Origin: Antedon mediterranea
Lineage: Eukaryota > Animalia > Echinodermata
Length of the DNA stretch: 64,000 bases
Direction: 5' to 3'
Assembly: GCF_964355755.1 (NCBI RefSeq)
Contig: NC_092672.1
Coordinates: 21,341,237-21,405,236, forward strand
Shown: positions 1 to 14,900 of the stretch, in pieces
Numbering within the stretch: position 1 is the first letter of the stretch
How the letters are laid out: every line of letters starts with the position of its first letter
The notes under the pieces: generated by a model
Databases searched by the model: none
Told to the model about the DNA's origin: nothing
The model's input: the letters and a program-made list of their open reading frames with translations, nothing else
Made by a program: the position numbers and the translations under genes

Positions 1-1045
1 TCTAGCAGTAACCCATGCCGCGCCCCACACGCAGTCTTGTTTGCCTTAATAATAATTTGCATGGTATGATTAAGTATAATAAAAGCGCACTCTTCCCGGC
101 CCCTGACAAATTATTTTTTATTTAAACAAACAAATTGTCAAGAATAAAATTCGGAACTACTTACGTCCATTGATTTTGTTATACACGAAGTATTGTAAAA
201 CCAGAAACTTTCGTGAGCATTAGACTTATTAAACAAATTTCGCGAGTGATTGAAATTCGTGAAAGCTTCATGCCGCAAATAAGGAAGTATTGAGTACGCA
301 AAATTCAGTAGGAAGCATATTCCAGTACACGCACGGCTATATACTGATAGCGATAGTTGTTTGTTCATCGCGTAGGCCTACTGTCGGTAAACACAAAGGA
401 CATCACATGCTTGTATCTTTGCGTAACCTTTTATAGCCTACACTTAGGTTGATCGTAGGTCATACGATGTATTGTTATGATAATTATCTACTCGTCCATC
501 ATAAGGTGGTTCGTAGGGTTAGTAACCACCATTGTCATTGCCTTTAGAAGCATGGACAATGCAAAAAGTAAATTATTAATTAAAATCCTATCTAAAGCTA
601 GAAGACGTCAATTTTTTTAGCCGCCCTACGCATCGGTTATCCTAATTTGGCTGAAAATCAGTTGGCCTCAGTTCACGCAGGGTATGAGGCTAGCCTAGTT
701 TCAGCGGTCTACACTATAAATTATTTAATCCTACATTGGGTTAGCGAATTATAAAAACGACACCTACTGTAGGCTAGAGGGAGGATACCAACAAAATATA
801 ACATAGGCCTTTTAAATTATTATTATGATGTGTGTAAAGAAAAAGGCTAGAATTTGGCGTGGAAACAACGTGAGTAGTGAGAACAGTTTAGTATAAGGGT
901 AGGTTCAGACTCATGGCGTTAAAGTAGCGTTATCTATGCAAGGCGTACAGTAATCCGTGGCGTTAAAAGCCAAGGTGTTCAGACACAACGATCAACATTC
1001 CAATGCCTTACGTTTAAAACACTCCGATCAGGTCAAAGTAGATAG

Positions 1046-3464
1046 AACTAGAAAGCCACTCGGAGAGTGCATACCTCCGCCTACTGTAAAATTCTCCTAC
1101 ATAAGATTTCTCCGGGAAAAGATATAATATATTATATTTGTGTTTGTCTTAATGCTGTTTGTGATTTAGGCTAATTTCATTTCAAGCATGTGTATGCGAG
1201 TTTGGTGTAATGGTTATGTAACAAGCCTTTAAATTAACAATAGCTTCAGTTGACTAACAATAGAACAGTAACGCAAAAATCAAACGAGTGAATTTGAAAA
1301 TAAATTGGTTTTACTACTCGCATCAAAAAGGTGCACATTAAATCAAATTATGTTTTAAATTTACAAATCACAAATTATAACTCTTGCCTCTTGTACAAAA
1401 ATGAAGTTTTTTGGACAAGTAGTTCTCGAGAAAATGCAATTTCAGCTACTTGTTACTTTAAGACTGCTCGCCGGCTTTTGAAAAAATTCTTGCTTTAGGT
1501 ATTAGTTTTAACATGATTCAAATCCAGATGGGGTTTATAATTGGTTTAAATAATTTGTAATACAAACAAACTCCGTCATTGCAACAATGATCTTTCTAAA
1601 ATCAAGATTAACCAGGAGTTGAGGAGTGTCTTGTCTGTCTTGTGCTGATTTTCAGCGCCCCTGCCTTAACCCATGGAGTAAGCTTAACCACTCGACCAGG
1701 CGACTAATATTTTGGTCCATATCAAAGAATATGTCCATGTTAAAAGAAGACAGAATGCATACTATTTAATATATCGTACGGAAGATAAGTTTTTGTGACA
1801 TGACAAATATTTATCAATTTTACTGAAAATCAATAGGCATGTTCTGTAAGTATACCCCTATGTAAAAGGAAGGACACACGCTGGTACTAACAATAGATTA
1901 ATTTGAATAACAATAGAACAGCAACGCGAAAAACAATGGATTTGAAAAGAAATAGGTTTTTTAAAACTACTCGTATTAAAAAACCTGTACCTTAAATCAA
2001 ATTATGTTTTGAAAATTACAAATCACAATTTATAACTCTTGCCTCTTGTACAAAAATTATGTTTTTGGACTAGTAGTTCTCGAGAAAATGCAATTTCAGT
2101 AAACTTGTTATTTTAAGACTGCTCGCTGACTTTTGAAAATTGTCTCCTATCTTTTAACACTAGCCGGTGTGAAAATAATATCATTTTTGTTATTCGTGAA
2201 GTTATTAATAAACCAATTTTGTTGATTTTCAATAGGTATGGTCTAAAAGTATATACCTATCTACACCCACAGATTCAGAACGATAACTTGAAAACGGTAG
2301 GCGCTATCGTGCTAACAAACAAACAAACATACATACAAACAAACATACAAACAAACATACATACATACATACAAACATACATACATAACAAAGTAAATAC
2401 TATACTTGGCAACATTTTTTTTTGCCAAGTAACAAACACACGCGATTGGTTACATATACCTACGAAAGCCCATTAATGCCATTTTAAGTATATGTTTTTC
2501 GAACGTAATCCGTTCTAACAAATTAGTAATTCGTTTGAACGGATTAATAATCTGTTCAAACGAATTAGTAATCCGTTCAAACGAATTGCAACATATACAA
2601 CAAGTGCCATTTAAAGTATATGTTGTAATTCGTTTAAACGGATTACTAATCCGTTCAAACGAATTACAAATTTGTTTAAACGGATTACTAATTTGTTCAA
2701 ACGAATTACTAATTCGTTCAAACGAATTACTAATTTGTTTAAACGGATTACTAATTTGTTTAACGAATTACTAATTCGTTCAAACGAATTAGTAATCCGT
2801 TTAAACAAATTAATAATTTGTTTAAACAAATTAATAATTTGTTTAAACGGATTACTAATCTGTTTGAACGAATTAGTAATTCGTTTGAACGAATTAGTAA
2901 TTCGTTTGAACGAATTAGTAATCCGTTTAAACAAATTAGTAATTTGTTTAAACAAATTAATAATTTGTTTAAACGGATTAATAATTCGTTTAAACGAATT
3001 AGTAATTCGTTTAAACAGATTAGTAATCCGTTTAAACAAATTACTAATCCGTTTGAACGGATTCCTAATTTGTTTAAACAAATTATTAATTCGTTTAAAC
3101 GGATTACTAATTCGTTTGAATGAATTAGTAATTCGTTTGAACGGATTACTAATCCGTTTAAACAAATTAGTAATTCGTTTGAACGAATTAGTAATCCGTT
3201 TAAACAAATTAGTAATTCGTTTGAACGAATTAGTAATCCGTTTAAACAAATTAGTAATTCGTTTGAACGGATTAGTAATCCGTTTGAACAAATTAGTAAT
3301 CCGTTTAAACAAATTAGTAATTAACAGATTATTAATCCGTTCAAACGAATTATTAATCCGTTCAAACGAATTACTAATTCGTTATAACGGATTACGTTCG
3401 AAAAACATATACTTCAAATGGCATTAATAATGGGCTTTCGTATATACCTCCTTGGCGGAGGTAA
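1046..3464 (+). mobile_element. Helentron/HINE-like non-autonomous element(s)
   Basis: 5' aactagaaag...tacctccgcc; (caaa/cata)n microsatellite at 2315-2390; 3' stem-loops acttggcaa..ttgccaagt and tacctccttggcggaggta; internal duplication 1255-1480 / 1908-2140. Confidence 0.55.
2461..3442. mobile_element. Foldback MITE with an internal 21-bp repeat array (IS3EU-like: TA termini, 6-bp TSD)
   Basis: TIR tacgaaagcccattaatgccattt...cgaacgtaatccgtt; TSD TATACC on both sides (2455-2460, 3443-3448); interior (aattcgtttaaacgaattagt)n. Confidence 0.75.
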
Positions 3465-5836
3465 ACTATTTATGTATAAATTCATGACAAATTAAAGTTT
3501 ACATCGTAAAATTGTTTTTTTGTTATTTTTATTTATATAATGTTACCTTCAAATATACTGATTTGTTCTTAATACTTGTAGAATTGCATTTTAATTCAAA
3601 CGAATTATGAATCCGTTCAAACGAATTACTAATTTGTTATAACGGATTACGTTCAAAAAACATATACTTCAGACGAATTATTAATCCGTTCAAACGAATT
3701 ACTAATTCAAATATACTGATTTGTTCTTAATACTTGTAGAATTGCATTTTAATTCAAACGAATTATTAATCCGTTCAAACGAATTACTAATTCGTTATAA
3801 CGGATTACGTTCGAAAAACATATACTTCAAACGAATTATTAATCCGTTCAAACGAATTACTAATTCGTTATAACGGATTACGTTCGAAAAACATATACTT
3901 CAAATGGCATTAATGGGCTTTCGTATTTACCTCCTTGGCGGAGGTAAACTATATATGTATAAATTCATGACAAATTAAAGTTTACATCGTAAAATTGTTT
4001 TTTTGTTATTTTTATTTATATAATGTTACCTTCAAATATACTGATTTGTTCTTAATACTTGTAGAATTGCATTTTAATTCAAAATAATTTAAAACTTAAT
4101 TATTACACAGACAATTATCTGATTAATTGACTTAATTTATGAAAATATCATATCACTGACGCCAACTTTACTGTTCTTTAAAATTGAAAACCTGAAAATA
4201 CATTTGACATAGCTATTTCGCTGTCGTATACTAGGGTACAGGTAGTTGCTGTCTGCTAATCGTGGTTGTGTCTTTTTATTGGTTAAGGTTAAAATCACTG
4301 GTGCATCACTGGATTAGAGTTATTAAATCTACACTCTACTGCCAGAGTTATTAACACCACTGGCGCGGCGTAACGTCTCTCTCACGCTAATCCGCGGCCT
4401 AGTTCAGACACAAATGTATGTACGCCGCTTACATAACGGCACCTTAACGCCGTGAGTCTGAACAAGAGAGAGTATTACGTTTCATGCCATGTGACACAAA
4501 ATCCAGGTACACGATCCTAATTACTGTCATGTGAGAGATTGCGGTAAAACAGCCAGAGAGTATCGTGTTTCATGCCATGTGACCAAAAAAAACTAGGTCT
4601 GCATTAATTACGTTCTTCAGTCTTTTTGAGTGACTGACTGAACGTTCTGATACTATATTTAGAAAGAATTTTGTAAGATCTTTTTTGTCTGTATCGTTTC
4701 TGGATCGACTCAACATTCGCTATATACGAAGGTCGCACCCACCATGAATTGACACGATTTTTTTACAGTACAGTATATTTACTTGTACTTTATTTTCAAA
4801 TTGCCGATTTAACCGATTCGCGAAAGTTTCATGTCGCGAAAGTTTCTGGTTTTACAGTATTCCTTACTTTGAAATACTGTACGTAACAACTCACAAAACA
4901 TGTCAAATTACTGTTATTTTTTGCCATTTTTTTAGTGTCTATCCTTAAATTTAAGGAAAGTGATATAGCCTATCGTGTGTGGCCCCTCAATAAACATCAG
5001 CCTGCCAAATGTGAGCACGTACCGTAACATTCAGCAGCTTCGGAGGAGATACGTAAAATTACGGGAAAAGGCATTAATATATAGATTTAATTATGTATTT
5101 TCATATCTAGAGAGGATTTATTTAATTACATGTTACCATATTACATCCATAAAAATTCATTCAAAAAGCCAATTATATATTCCTATTATTACGGTAGTGT
5201 ACAGTTTGAATATACAGGTAAACAGAAATATACATCAGTCAGTACCATTGTCTGATGCCTTATATACAATTTCATTTTTTTTTTTGACCAATAATTGTTC
5301 TTTAAATATCAACAAATTGACTTTAGTTAGATGTACAATTGAATAATAAACAGCAAGAAATATTTACTATATATGGTGTATATTTGCATATTTTTAAAAT
5401 TTGATAATGTTTATTTTGAATCAAAAATATAATATTTATTTTAATATTTTATTAGAATAGAAACTGAAAAAATTCATGCAATGTAATTATAGTATGTATC
5501 CATGAGATTATTTAAAAACTCTATGGGATACATTGACCCACTTCCTACATGCTTAATAATGCATGTTCCGATGTCTCATCATAAAGCGTAGACTATACAC
5601 CTGATTGAAAAAATAGTTTTTCATACATAATTTGTATTGAAAAACTATTCTTTTTAAATCATCAAACCCAAAGTTGTTTAATGCTGGGGTGTCTGAATTT
5701 CAAATTTATTTAGTATTTATGTTCAAATTTATATTATTGTTATAAAACCAGAATAGGTTTTTGTTTTAGTTGAGTCTGAGTGTATATCAACTTAATATTT
5801 AAGCTTAAATAAATAAACAAAAACATTTGTTTTTAG

Positions 5837-5924
5837 AAAGGAGAGACACCAGAGTCTATGGTAAAAAACAATGTGGACAGCACATTCCAGTCAGAAAAAA
5901 TTAAGATTTTAAAATATTTTGACA
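5837..5924 (+). CDS. Roco exon: N-terminal segment (KGETPESMVKNNVDSTFQSEKIKILKYFD), in-frame ATG at 5858
   Basis: ttttag acceptor and gtgagt donor; the phase-1 end matches the next exon. Confidence 0.65.
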
Positions 5925-8900
5925 GTGAGTAAAGTTTAATTTTATTTTTCTAAATTCTTCCTTTAAAGGACAACTTTACCGAGAAAACTCATGAGGTAGA
6001 TTTTGCTAAGCACACTTTGACGTCACAGTAATTTACGGAGACGGTTGTACAGCGAGCGCGCGCGGTGATATCGTAAATCTCGCAATTGTTCTGAAATCAT
6101 ATGTACATCCCTATACATTGTCAAAATATGGTTATCGGTAAAATTGTCCTTTAAAGGCCAACCAGCTAAGGTAGACTTTCAGAAATAGTTGATTATCTTT
6201 ATCAGACTTTGAACATAAAATATAACTGTGAATAGGGATGATTTAACATTTTGACATTGTTAGTTTATCTTTTTTGTTTATATGCACTTGGCAAATAACC
6301 CTTGTGATTGTTGGGATCTTCTTTTTTTTTAATTTAATATTAGAATTAGTTCCTGCAGAGATATTTGGCAAAGGTAAAGATGCTATTAAAATATATAAAG
6401 AAGAACTTGCATCTGGTAAAATCTCAGTTGTGAATTCAAGATGTATGTTCCTGGGGAAAGAAGGTGCTGGCAAGACTAGCTGTGTAAAGGCTATGGTTGG
6501 AGAAAGGTAACAATTAAAATTATATATCTGCAGTAAAAGAATTAATTTTGATTTTGTCATAAGAGACTTCATCACCTGTTAGATTGCTATAGAGAATATT
6601 CTACAGGTTTTTTTTTGCATTTTACACAAAAATATTATAATTTGTAAATTTGTACAATACATATCTTATACTGGCAAGATTTTGTATTTTTTGAATAATT
6701 ATTCTCATTCTCATAATAGTTTACTTTGTTTCTATAGTAATCAAAATTATATTAATTCTATTCACTTCTATCAAATAAGTTCATAAGTTTGTGATAACAT
6801 ATACACATAACAATAGTGTGTACACCAACAAATATATAAAAACACAATTGTAACATTGGCCCTGTTTCTGCTGCCAATCCCAAATATACCGTATAAATAT
6901 ACCGTATAAATATAACGTATATGAAATTCGTGCATCGTTCCCGCTCCACATACTTCGTGGGTGGGCTGTAAAAAAGTTGGTTTCCATTACCCAAAATGCA
7001 TTTCGTGAGACGGAAGTATGGATTGACCTAGAGTCTCGTGTAGTGAGGTTACATGACAAAAACAAAACAATGATGGTTTCTCAAAACGTCGTAGCATTGT
7101 TTTTTATTTTAAATCTAATGAGCAGAAGTGGCAACGAATTTACACCGCACAAACAATCTAGAAATGTAGAATGGGCATTGACTAGATTTATGCAAAGAAG
7201 ACGACGGTGTTTGCCGATAACTTTGGCGTTATTAAGTCTACCACAAATTCTGCTTTTATTTTGTTTGAGATACTTTTGTAAATCTCGGTATCTCTTCTGT
7301 TACCATGCAGTCTCCCCCCAACCTTCGCTTCTCCCCACAATTGAATTGCAAAAATAGTTATTTCTTCAGTCCACAGTGATATTTTGATCTGTTGCTTGCT
7401 TATACACGTGTGTGTCAATGCAGCAGAAAAACCAAACAAACGCGTCACGCTCTGTTAGTTTTTGACCTCGTGTCATGGGCCGGGTCACATATACGGTATA
7501 TTTTGAGTGCAGCAAAAACGGTTTACGAAATATACGGTATATTTTGGAATATACCGTATAATATCCACAAACGATGGGGATATTTATGCGGTATATATAC
7601 CGCATATATATACGGTATACTTTTTATGAGACCCATTTCTGCTGCCAAAAAATATACCGTATATAAAATATACCGTATATATACAGTATATTTTTGGCAG
7701 CAGAAACGGGGCCATTGTTATACTGACTGCAATTATACTGACTACTCTTGAAACAGCCGCTTGTTCCCTTATGTACCAAAACGTAACTTACCTATTAGAT
7801 TAGTTTGTGTCCACTAATATGCAAATGTGTATAAGTAGGAAACACTAGTATTTTTTACAATTCATGGTTGTCATTACTGAAAATGTAATATCCAGTTTTG
7901 TCCTGAACAGAATGATATTTTGATTTGTTCCATCTATTTAACTTGCATATTGGGAGTTCAACTTTACTATACTTTGTTATAACAGTTTCAATTCTAAAGA
8001 ACCATCCACAGATGGCATTGTTACCACAACAGTGTTTCAATCAACTAAGAAAGATTCTAGAAAATGGAAAAAGATAAAGAATGTAAATGGTGAGATAAAG
8101 CAACTTATACTTATGTTTCAACATAGCATATAAACACATTTGTCTAAATGTTGCTAGTTTTAATATTAACCTTTATTTTTTTGTGAAACTGTGTATAATA
8201 ATGCTGATGACAGCTACCTACTTAAATGTGACTATACACTATATTCAATTATTATGACGTTGCACAATGGTTTTTTTTTCTCTTTTGTGGCGCAAACACC
8301 ACTTTTATTCACATTCATATTATCTCATATTACATAAAATCGTATTATTTAACTTGTAAATGTCGTTACAGTTCATAAGTAACATTTTTTACATATATTA
8401 ATTCTGTATTACTCCTTTTTTCATTAATTTTCTTATATTTTGTTATACACTTGACAGGATCATCATTATCATCTATCCCGTTTTAAAATAGTTCACACAT
8501 TTTCATTTGTTTGTTTTCATTTTACAACCCGGATTATACAATATATTTATATACATGATAAAAAAAACAATAATAGCTCAGTACCACCAGTAACCCGTAT
8601 CACTGTAATTCTTTTTCGGTTGATCGTATCAAATTAGAAATTATATTATCATAATCTTATTTCTTAAAGCTATCCATTTTTCTATACTTGTTTCTTTATT
8701 GTTATATGTTTCACATTCAATATTATATAACATATTGCTTTTAAATGAATTCCATAAAGATTTACCCACTGGCTTATTTAGTGCAGATAACATTTTTATT
8801 CTATAAATAGTAAATGCTGCAAAAGTGTAAATATAATCTATTAGCTTATCTCCCGTTCCTAGTATTAATTGTTTAAATGATATATTATTGTGATTTAAAC

Positions 8901-11900
8901 TTACAAAGATACTAAGCATTTTCCTCCAATATTTCTGAATAAATCTACAACTAAAAAACAAATGATTTTCATTTTCAATTTCTCCACATTTGTCACACGT
9001 TTGTGTTTCCTTAACTTTCCACTGATACAGCCGTTTGTTGGTTGCACAATGGTTATACCAAAAGTGTATATTAGATATTGGATATTTTTTTCATTTAGAA
9101 AGATTTTTATTCTTATATGCCTAAAGAAATGCACACATCAAACAATTGAACTACTTTTCTTTTCTACTATTTCTTTTAAACACACCTCATACAACCTCTA
9201 TCATAATTGTTTACCTATTTCTTGCTTTCTACAGATATGGAGATATCAAAGCAAGCCCATTCAAGTGCAATAGAAAAAAAAATTGATCAGAGGTTAGAAA
9301 AAGGTAAGCACACCCTAAGCAATTAAACATTTTTCAACATCTAACTAATGTTCCCATTGTTTTATTATTTTTATTTATTTATTTATAAACATAATTATTT
9401 AAAATGAATACAATTTTCATTAAATATAATGTTCTGACAAATGATCCATGTAAAGATAATAATTGAGAAATACTTTTAACAATACATATCCATTTTGTTT
9501 TTGCTTATAGAACATATGATAAAAAGTGCTTATTTAAATAATTCCTTATTATATAAAGAAAAAGACATCACAATTAACATAATTATTGTTATAATTGTTC
9601 TTTTTTTAAAAGATTTGTATTCTAGTATAAATTTATTTAAAATTCTGCATTGTATTTATGTTTGAAGATTTTGTACATGACAGCCTCCTGTAATGATATC
9701 GGGAGGTTTATTCCACACTTTGCCACCAGCAACTTGAAATGACATATTATTTATTCTTAGGTATCTTATTGTATTGTATTTAAAGGTTTTTCCAATCGAG
9801 TTTCGTAACCCTGTCTAACAATGACCAGTTCAGTTTATTTTCAATAGGCCTATAACACTGTATAGTAATGTTTTTTGATTTTATATTATTTTATGTAGAA
9901 GGCAGTGTTGGAATCTGGGATAAAATCAAGAATGCTACGTATAAAAGGATGGTAGTAGGAAACAAAAACGTGAGTGACATAACTAGTATATGGGACTACG
10001 CTGGTCAACTAGAATACTATATAACGCACAGGGTATGTTTTCATTATTGTATTGTCACTTTTGGTCTGATATGAGAGTCGCATTTAAAAAAAAGTTTTTT
10101 ATTGGGTTCAGATACAAATAAAAATGGAAGCTCTATAATACTAATATCTTTTTTTTCTACATGATATGTGTTCTTAACAGTTATATCTGATTCAACCATT
10201 TTGCTAAGAACTTTTTAACAGGGTTATCATTGTGTTAGTTTCATTTTCATGTGCCATTTCCCTGTTCACACAAAACACACAAACATGTGGTTTTGTTTTT
10301 GTTGTTCCATTGATGATGTTGTTTTGGCATGTTTTAACATATTCACTCTTAAACTAGTGCCAGAGTTTGCTAGAAGGCTCCAGGGTTAAAGGGAAAAAAT
10401 TACAAAAGAAGATTGTTTAGACTTTTGGAATATTTAAAAACAAAATTGTTTAGTTTTTGATGAAAAGTTTTAAATTATTAATAACAATTCTTCAATTTAT
10501 TTAACATAATCATGACTTGGTGAAATGTGCATACGTTGCACGTGCATAAAAGTGCAATTTCAGGACACCTTTCATATTCTCAAAAATTCTGCACCCCATG
10601 GCGGGTCTATGTTTTCATAGTTCAACATTTACATCATCACTATTTTGAAACTTCTAAATATGGTAGCAGCACTATGATTTTTAGTGTAAGGGTGCAATTT
10701 GTGGACAAACTGTTTCATATTCTATTATTTTCTCACCTCAGGAAATAACTAAAAATGCGACAAATCATGCATCAGCCTCAAAATCCCAGTCAATAAATTA
10801 ACACATTTTTACTTTACATTGGCTGGTCTATCATTGCATTTGAACATTGTACTTTTTTCCCCGAAGTGTAAAAATGGCAATATTTCCCAAATTTAAAGTT
10901 TATTTTACTGTTTGCATGTTCTATGTATGTTTTAGTTACTATGTCATACATATAGTAAATCATTGCCCATCAGGAGGGATGTCATTGTACAGGCTAAATA
11001 AGTAAATGTAAAGGAAGAGACAAAATAATAGAGATATTCTGTTTTCCAAGGTTAAAATATGTACAGAAAACTTATCATATATTATTATGAAGTGTTATGA
11101 CATTTTTACTAATAAATACATCAAAGAATTAGGTGAACATATTAAAACAATGAAAAAAGACTATTGGTAACTCTACATATTTTAATTGTTTCAGTTTTTT
11201 CTGACAAATACAGTATCGTACTGTGTTGCATTTAATGTCATGGACAAATTGGATGAGCAAGCTAATCCACGAGATTCGTCAAAAGTAAGTATTTTAGACA
11301 AATCAGAAATACATTATTAGCAAATTTTTAAATTGTAAATGGTGTGGTACTAAGCCTGTTTTACTGTTGATCGTTAAGTTGAGTTGCGTTGTACTGTAGG
11401 ATTCAACGATTTTACAGGAAAAGGGGGTAAAAATCTTCGTTAATAATCGTTAAAATCTGAAATCGTTAAAGTTGAACCGAGTTCAACTGTAACGTTAAAA
11501 TCATTAAAACTGACCAATCAAATGGTCCACAAATTAGTCTTTGCAGTTGTGAAAAAAATAGGTACGTGCTGACTCTTGAATTTTAAAAATTAAAATTTTT
11601 AAAACGCAACAATATTTTCACGTTTTTGTACCTTTTTAAGGTCTTATATTTCAAAACAACAAATGTAAGTCAAATTAAATTAAAATATTAAAACAATTTA
11701 ATTTAATGTTTGTCTTTAGTGTAAGCCTAGATTAAGCCTAGGTTGGGTTGAAGCATAAAAAACCTGTAACTTTTTCAATTTAAGAGGATATGCCGTAGCT
11801 CAAAATGAGCAGCCTATATCTTGCTCGCGTAAGCAAAACTCATCCTGACAAATGGAGGAAAAGTGACCCTCATGAAAACGTTTTCTGGAAGCTGTTGAAT

Positions 11901-14900
11901 TCTAGATACGAATTCATGTAAAAAATGTTGCATATCGGATGTTGTGACATATAAATTTTATGGCCAGTTGAATTATAAAAGTCGTATTTTTATATTTTGT
12001 GTCATAGTTCATCACATTTAAAATAGCGCACATCTATATTCTACGTATCCAAATTCTTCTACACGTTAATATGTTGTTCCAAAATTGCTATCTTCGTGTT
12101 CATTTTGATGATGTCATCATGATAAATATTGAAATAAAAGGCGATAATTTTACCTATGCTACACTGTATGTAGTTATATAGTGTATACTCTATATTCTTA
12201 GACACAAAATAGAGAGCTCACTATTAACAACATTTTATTTTCCTCAGGTCATAATGGCATAATGCGCAATTTCGAACGTATGACGTACATGTGGTGTTTG
12301 TCGTGCGGATATTCTAACTCGTCACTTTGACAAGTTCAAATCTAGTTTATTTTTTAATTTCCGAATTCTAAAATGACCGCATTTTTTTATACCGGACTTA
12401 AAAAATGGACCAGTCCTTAGTTCATTCTGCAATCTACATCGTTTGGTAAAGCAGGTTGTTTCGTTTATCAATGTACGTTGTCCGTTTGTAAAAAATACGT
12501 TGTTCCCGTAAAAGTAGGTTGTTCGTTTTTTAAAGTACGTTGTTTATTTTACATTAGTTCGTTCGTTTGTGAAAGTAGGTTGTTCATTTGTGAAAGTACG
12601 TTCTTTTGTTTTAATTTAGATCGTTTGTTTGTGAAGGTATGTTGTTCGTTCGTGAAAGTACGTAGTTCGTTTTACTTTTGGCGGCGATTGCCTTCCATAC
12701 ACACGGACGTGAAGTATTACAAAACCAAGTACGGCCACGCGCAGCCGGGACCGCGTGAAAATTGAAAAAGTTACAGGTTTTAGAACATGCTTTCGCTGAT
12801 ATCTTAAAGCCCAGTTGCGGGCAAAACATTTCTATTGATCATACATTCCAATAATTATCGATCTGTATAGTTTTCCCTATGTTTCATAGAAACAATTTTT
12901 TTTAAACATACATTTATCATAGTAAGCTAGCATGGCAGTGCAATTACGCCAAACCGACTTTCTACCAGCGCATTTCAATGGCGCTATAATTGATTACGAT
13001 TTATGCGCTGCACACTTTCTTAGCTTTGTAGATTATTTAGAAGCGCATGCCTTGGCAGCACCGGATGATGATGCCGCACTTTTACAGGTAGTTAACTTGT
13101 TTAAACACACTTTGATAGGCACCGCTAGGTTATGGAAAAACTTCTAATTCAATAGACGATCTTAAGAAATCATTTATGCGCTGATTTACTCCAGTCCATT
13201 CCACGTATGCTAACGTCCAGCTTTTTGATAACATACTTTCCAAATCTGCCGACTCCGCCGAACAACATATGACTAAAATTAGGCAACATGCAGCCAAAAT
13301 CAATTGCACTGAAAACCAGATTTGTAATAAGTTTGTCAGTTCACTCCTCCATAAAGCATGTCACCGTGCTGTAGTCATGGTCATGCCTGACGATGCAACG
13401 TCCGATGAATTGGTTACCATTACCCAGAAATATCTGGATACTTCAAACTTAAACCCCACAACTTCCGACAAGGCATTCCTAAATCAAGAATCTTACCTTT
13501 TTACAGACTGTGATGTTAAATAATGACAGGAGCCATGTTTGTGTACGACTGTTTCTATTATCCCTATAGAGGGCGACAACATCATATGTTGGCGTATGCA
13601 GTTAGTGTGTTTCATACATTACATGCTCCCTTTAATATTATTACAATACTGAGTAGATGGTGCTTTTAGCAGTAATACAAATAGTGATTTTTCTTATGAT
13701 TTAACATGTTGTACTGTACATGAATTTCTTACAATAAAGTAAATCTGAAACGTGAATAATGCGTACATATAATTATTTCTATTAACCTTAAAACAATAAC
13801 TCATAATTAACACTAAATAACTCTTTAACACAGTTTACCTAATCTTTGTGTTTGCTTGTATATCATTACGGCTTTACCACGTTGAAACACCGGTTCTCGT
13901 CAGATCACCGAAGTTAAGCGACGTTGGGCCTGATTAGAGCTTGGATGGGAGACCATCTGGGAATAACGGGTGCTGTATATGGAGCTGGGGGTCCCGTTAG
14001 GCATTTGAAATCAGCACTGCTGACTCTTATGGCAGCCCTTGCATCTAGTATCTGCCTCAGACGTATTGGCCTATGCCCTTCCTCTGGTCAAGGTGGGCAC
14101 TGGACGAGAGAAGCCCTTGATTAATGTTAGGACCAATCAAGGTGCTTTAAACAGTCCTGGCTTTGTTTGTATCAAACCTGTTAGTGGCGGTAATTATGGC
14201 TGTTGGTTTCGATTAAATAAAATAAAAAAATTTAAAAAAATAAAATTACATGATTGATTTATACTTTGTCGACTTTCATATTGAGCTTAGTTGCTCCCTT
14301 AGATATTCTGCCACTACGTGTAGTTACATTTGGTTTAATTTGAACTGATTCATAGCCTGATGGGTTGTGGACAATAGGATTATTGTGATAATTTTGTGGT
14401 ATTTCATCCTGATCAGGCATATCATGTTCAGGCAAATTAACATCAGAATCATGTTGTGTCTGTTGCGGAATATGGTTTTCCTTGGTATCATACATGTGTC
14501 TACGGTTCCTCTTAAATACCTTTCCATAATCATTCTGTACTAATAAACTTCGAGACTTAGAATTGCTGCTTTTTCTGGCCATTTGGACTCTGCGAATACA
14601 TGTATTAATGCGAGTGTCGGGTCTCTTTTGGATGCTCTGCTTAGTTCTACCAATTTTTCGTCCGTTATTGGTAGTTGGTTTATAATACTTGATACTATGT
14701 ATTCATCGTTCTCGATTTGTGGGGGGTCATCCCTAAGGGTAGCACGGCTTAGCGTGTCTGGGATAAGGTTTTCCTTACCGGGTACCCACACAACTTCAAG
14801 GTCATATCTAAGAAGTGCTAATCACATTCTCTGTAGTCTGGGGCTTAATTTATGGGGTGGTTTTTTAAATATTCCCACTATGGGCTTGTGGTCGGTTTCC

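Larger units (their letters stand above)
898..4463. mobile_element. Old TIR element (Harbinger-like ends) containing nested insertions
   Basis: Imperfect ~45-bp inverted repeats: gttcagactcatggcgttaa... near 903 and ...ttaacgccgtgagtctgaac ending at 4463. Confidence 0.45.

Noticed and set aside
2535-3427. LRR-like or coiled-coil ORFs (FKRITNL/LNELVIR repeats) as a Roco N-terminal sensor
   Set aside because: They are translations of a 21-bp quasi-palindromic array inside a MITE, open on both strands and without splice support
190-4860. One large composite transposon bounded by tgtaaaaccagaaactttcg inverted repeats
   Set aside because: Better explained as two separate small MITE copies in opposite orientation
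13864-13979. Functional 5S rRNA gene
   Set aside because: Multiple substitutions, no oligo-T terminator, a single copy inside a retrotransposon, and it continues into a SINE-like body
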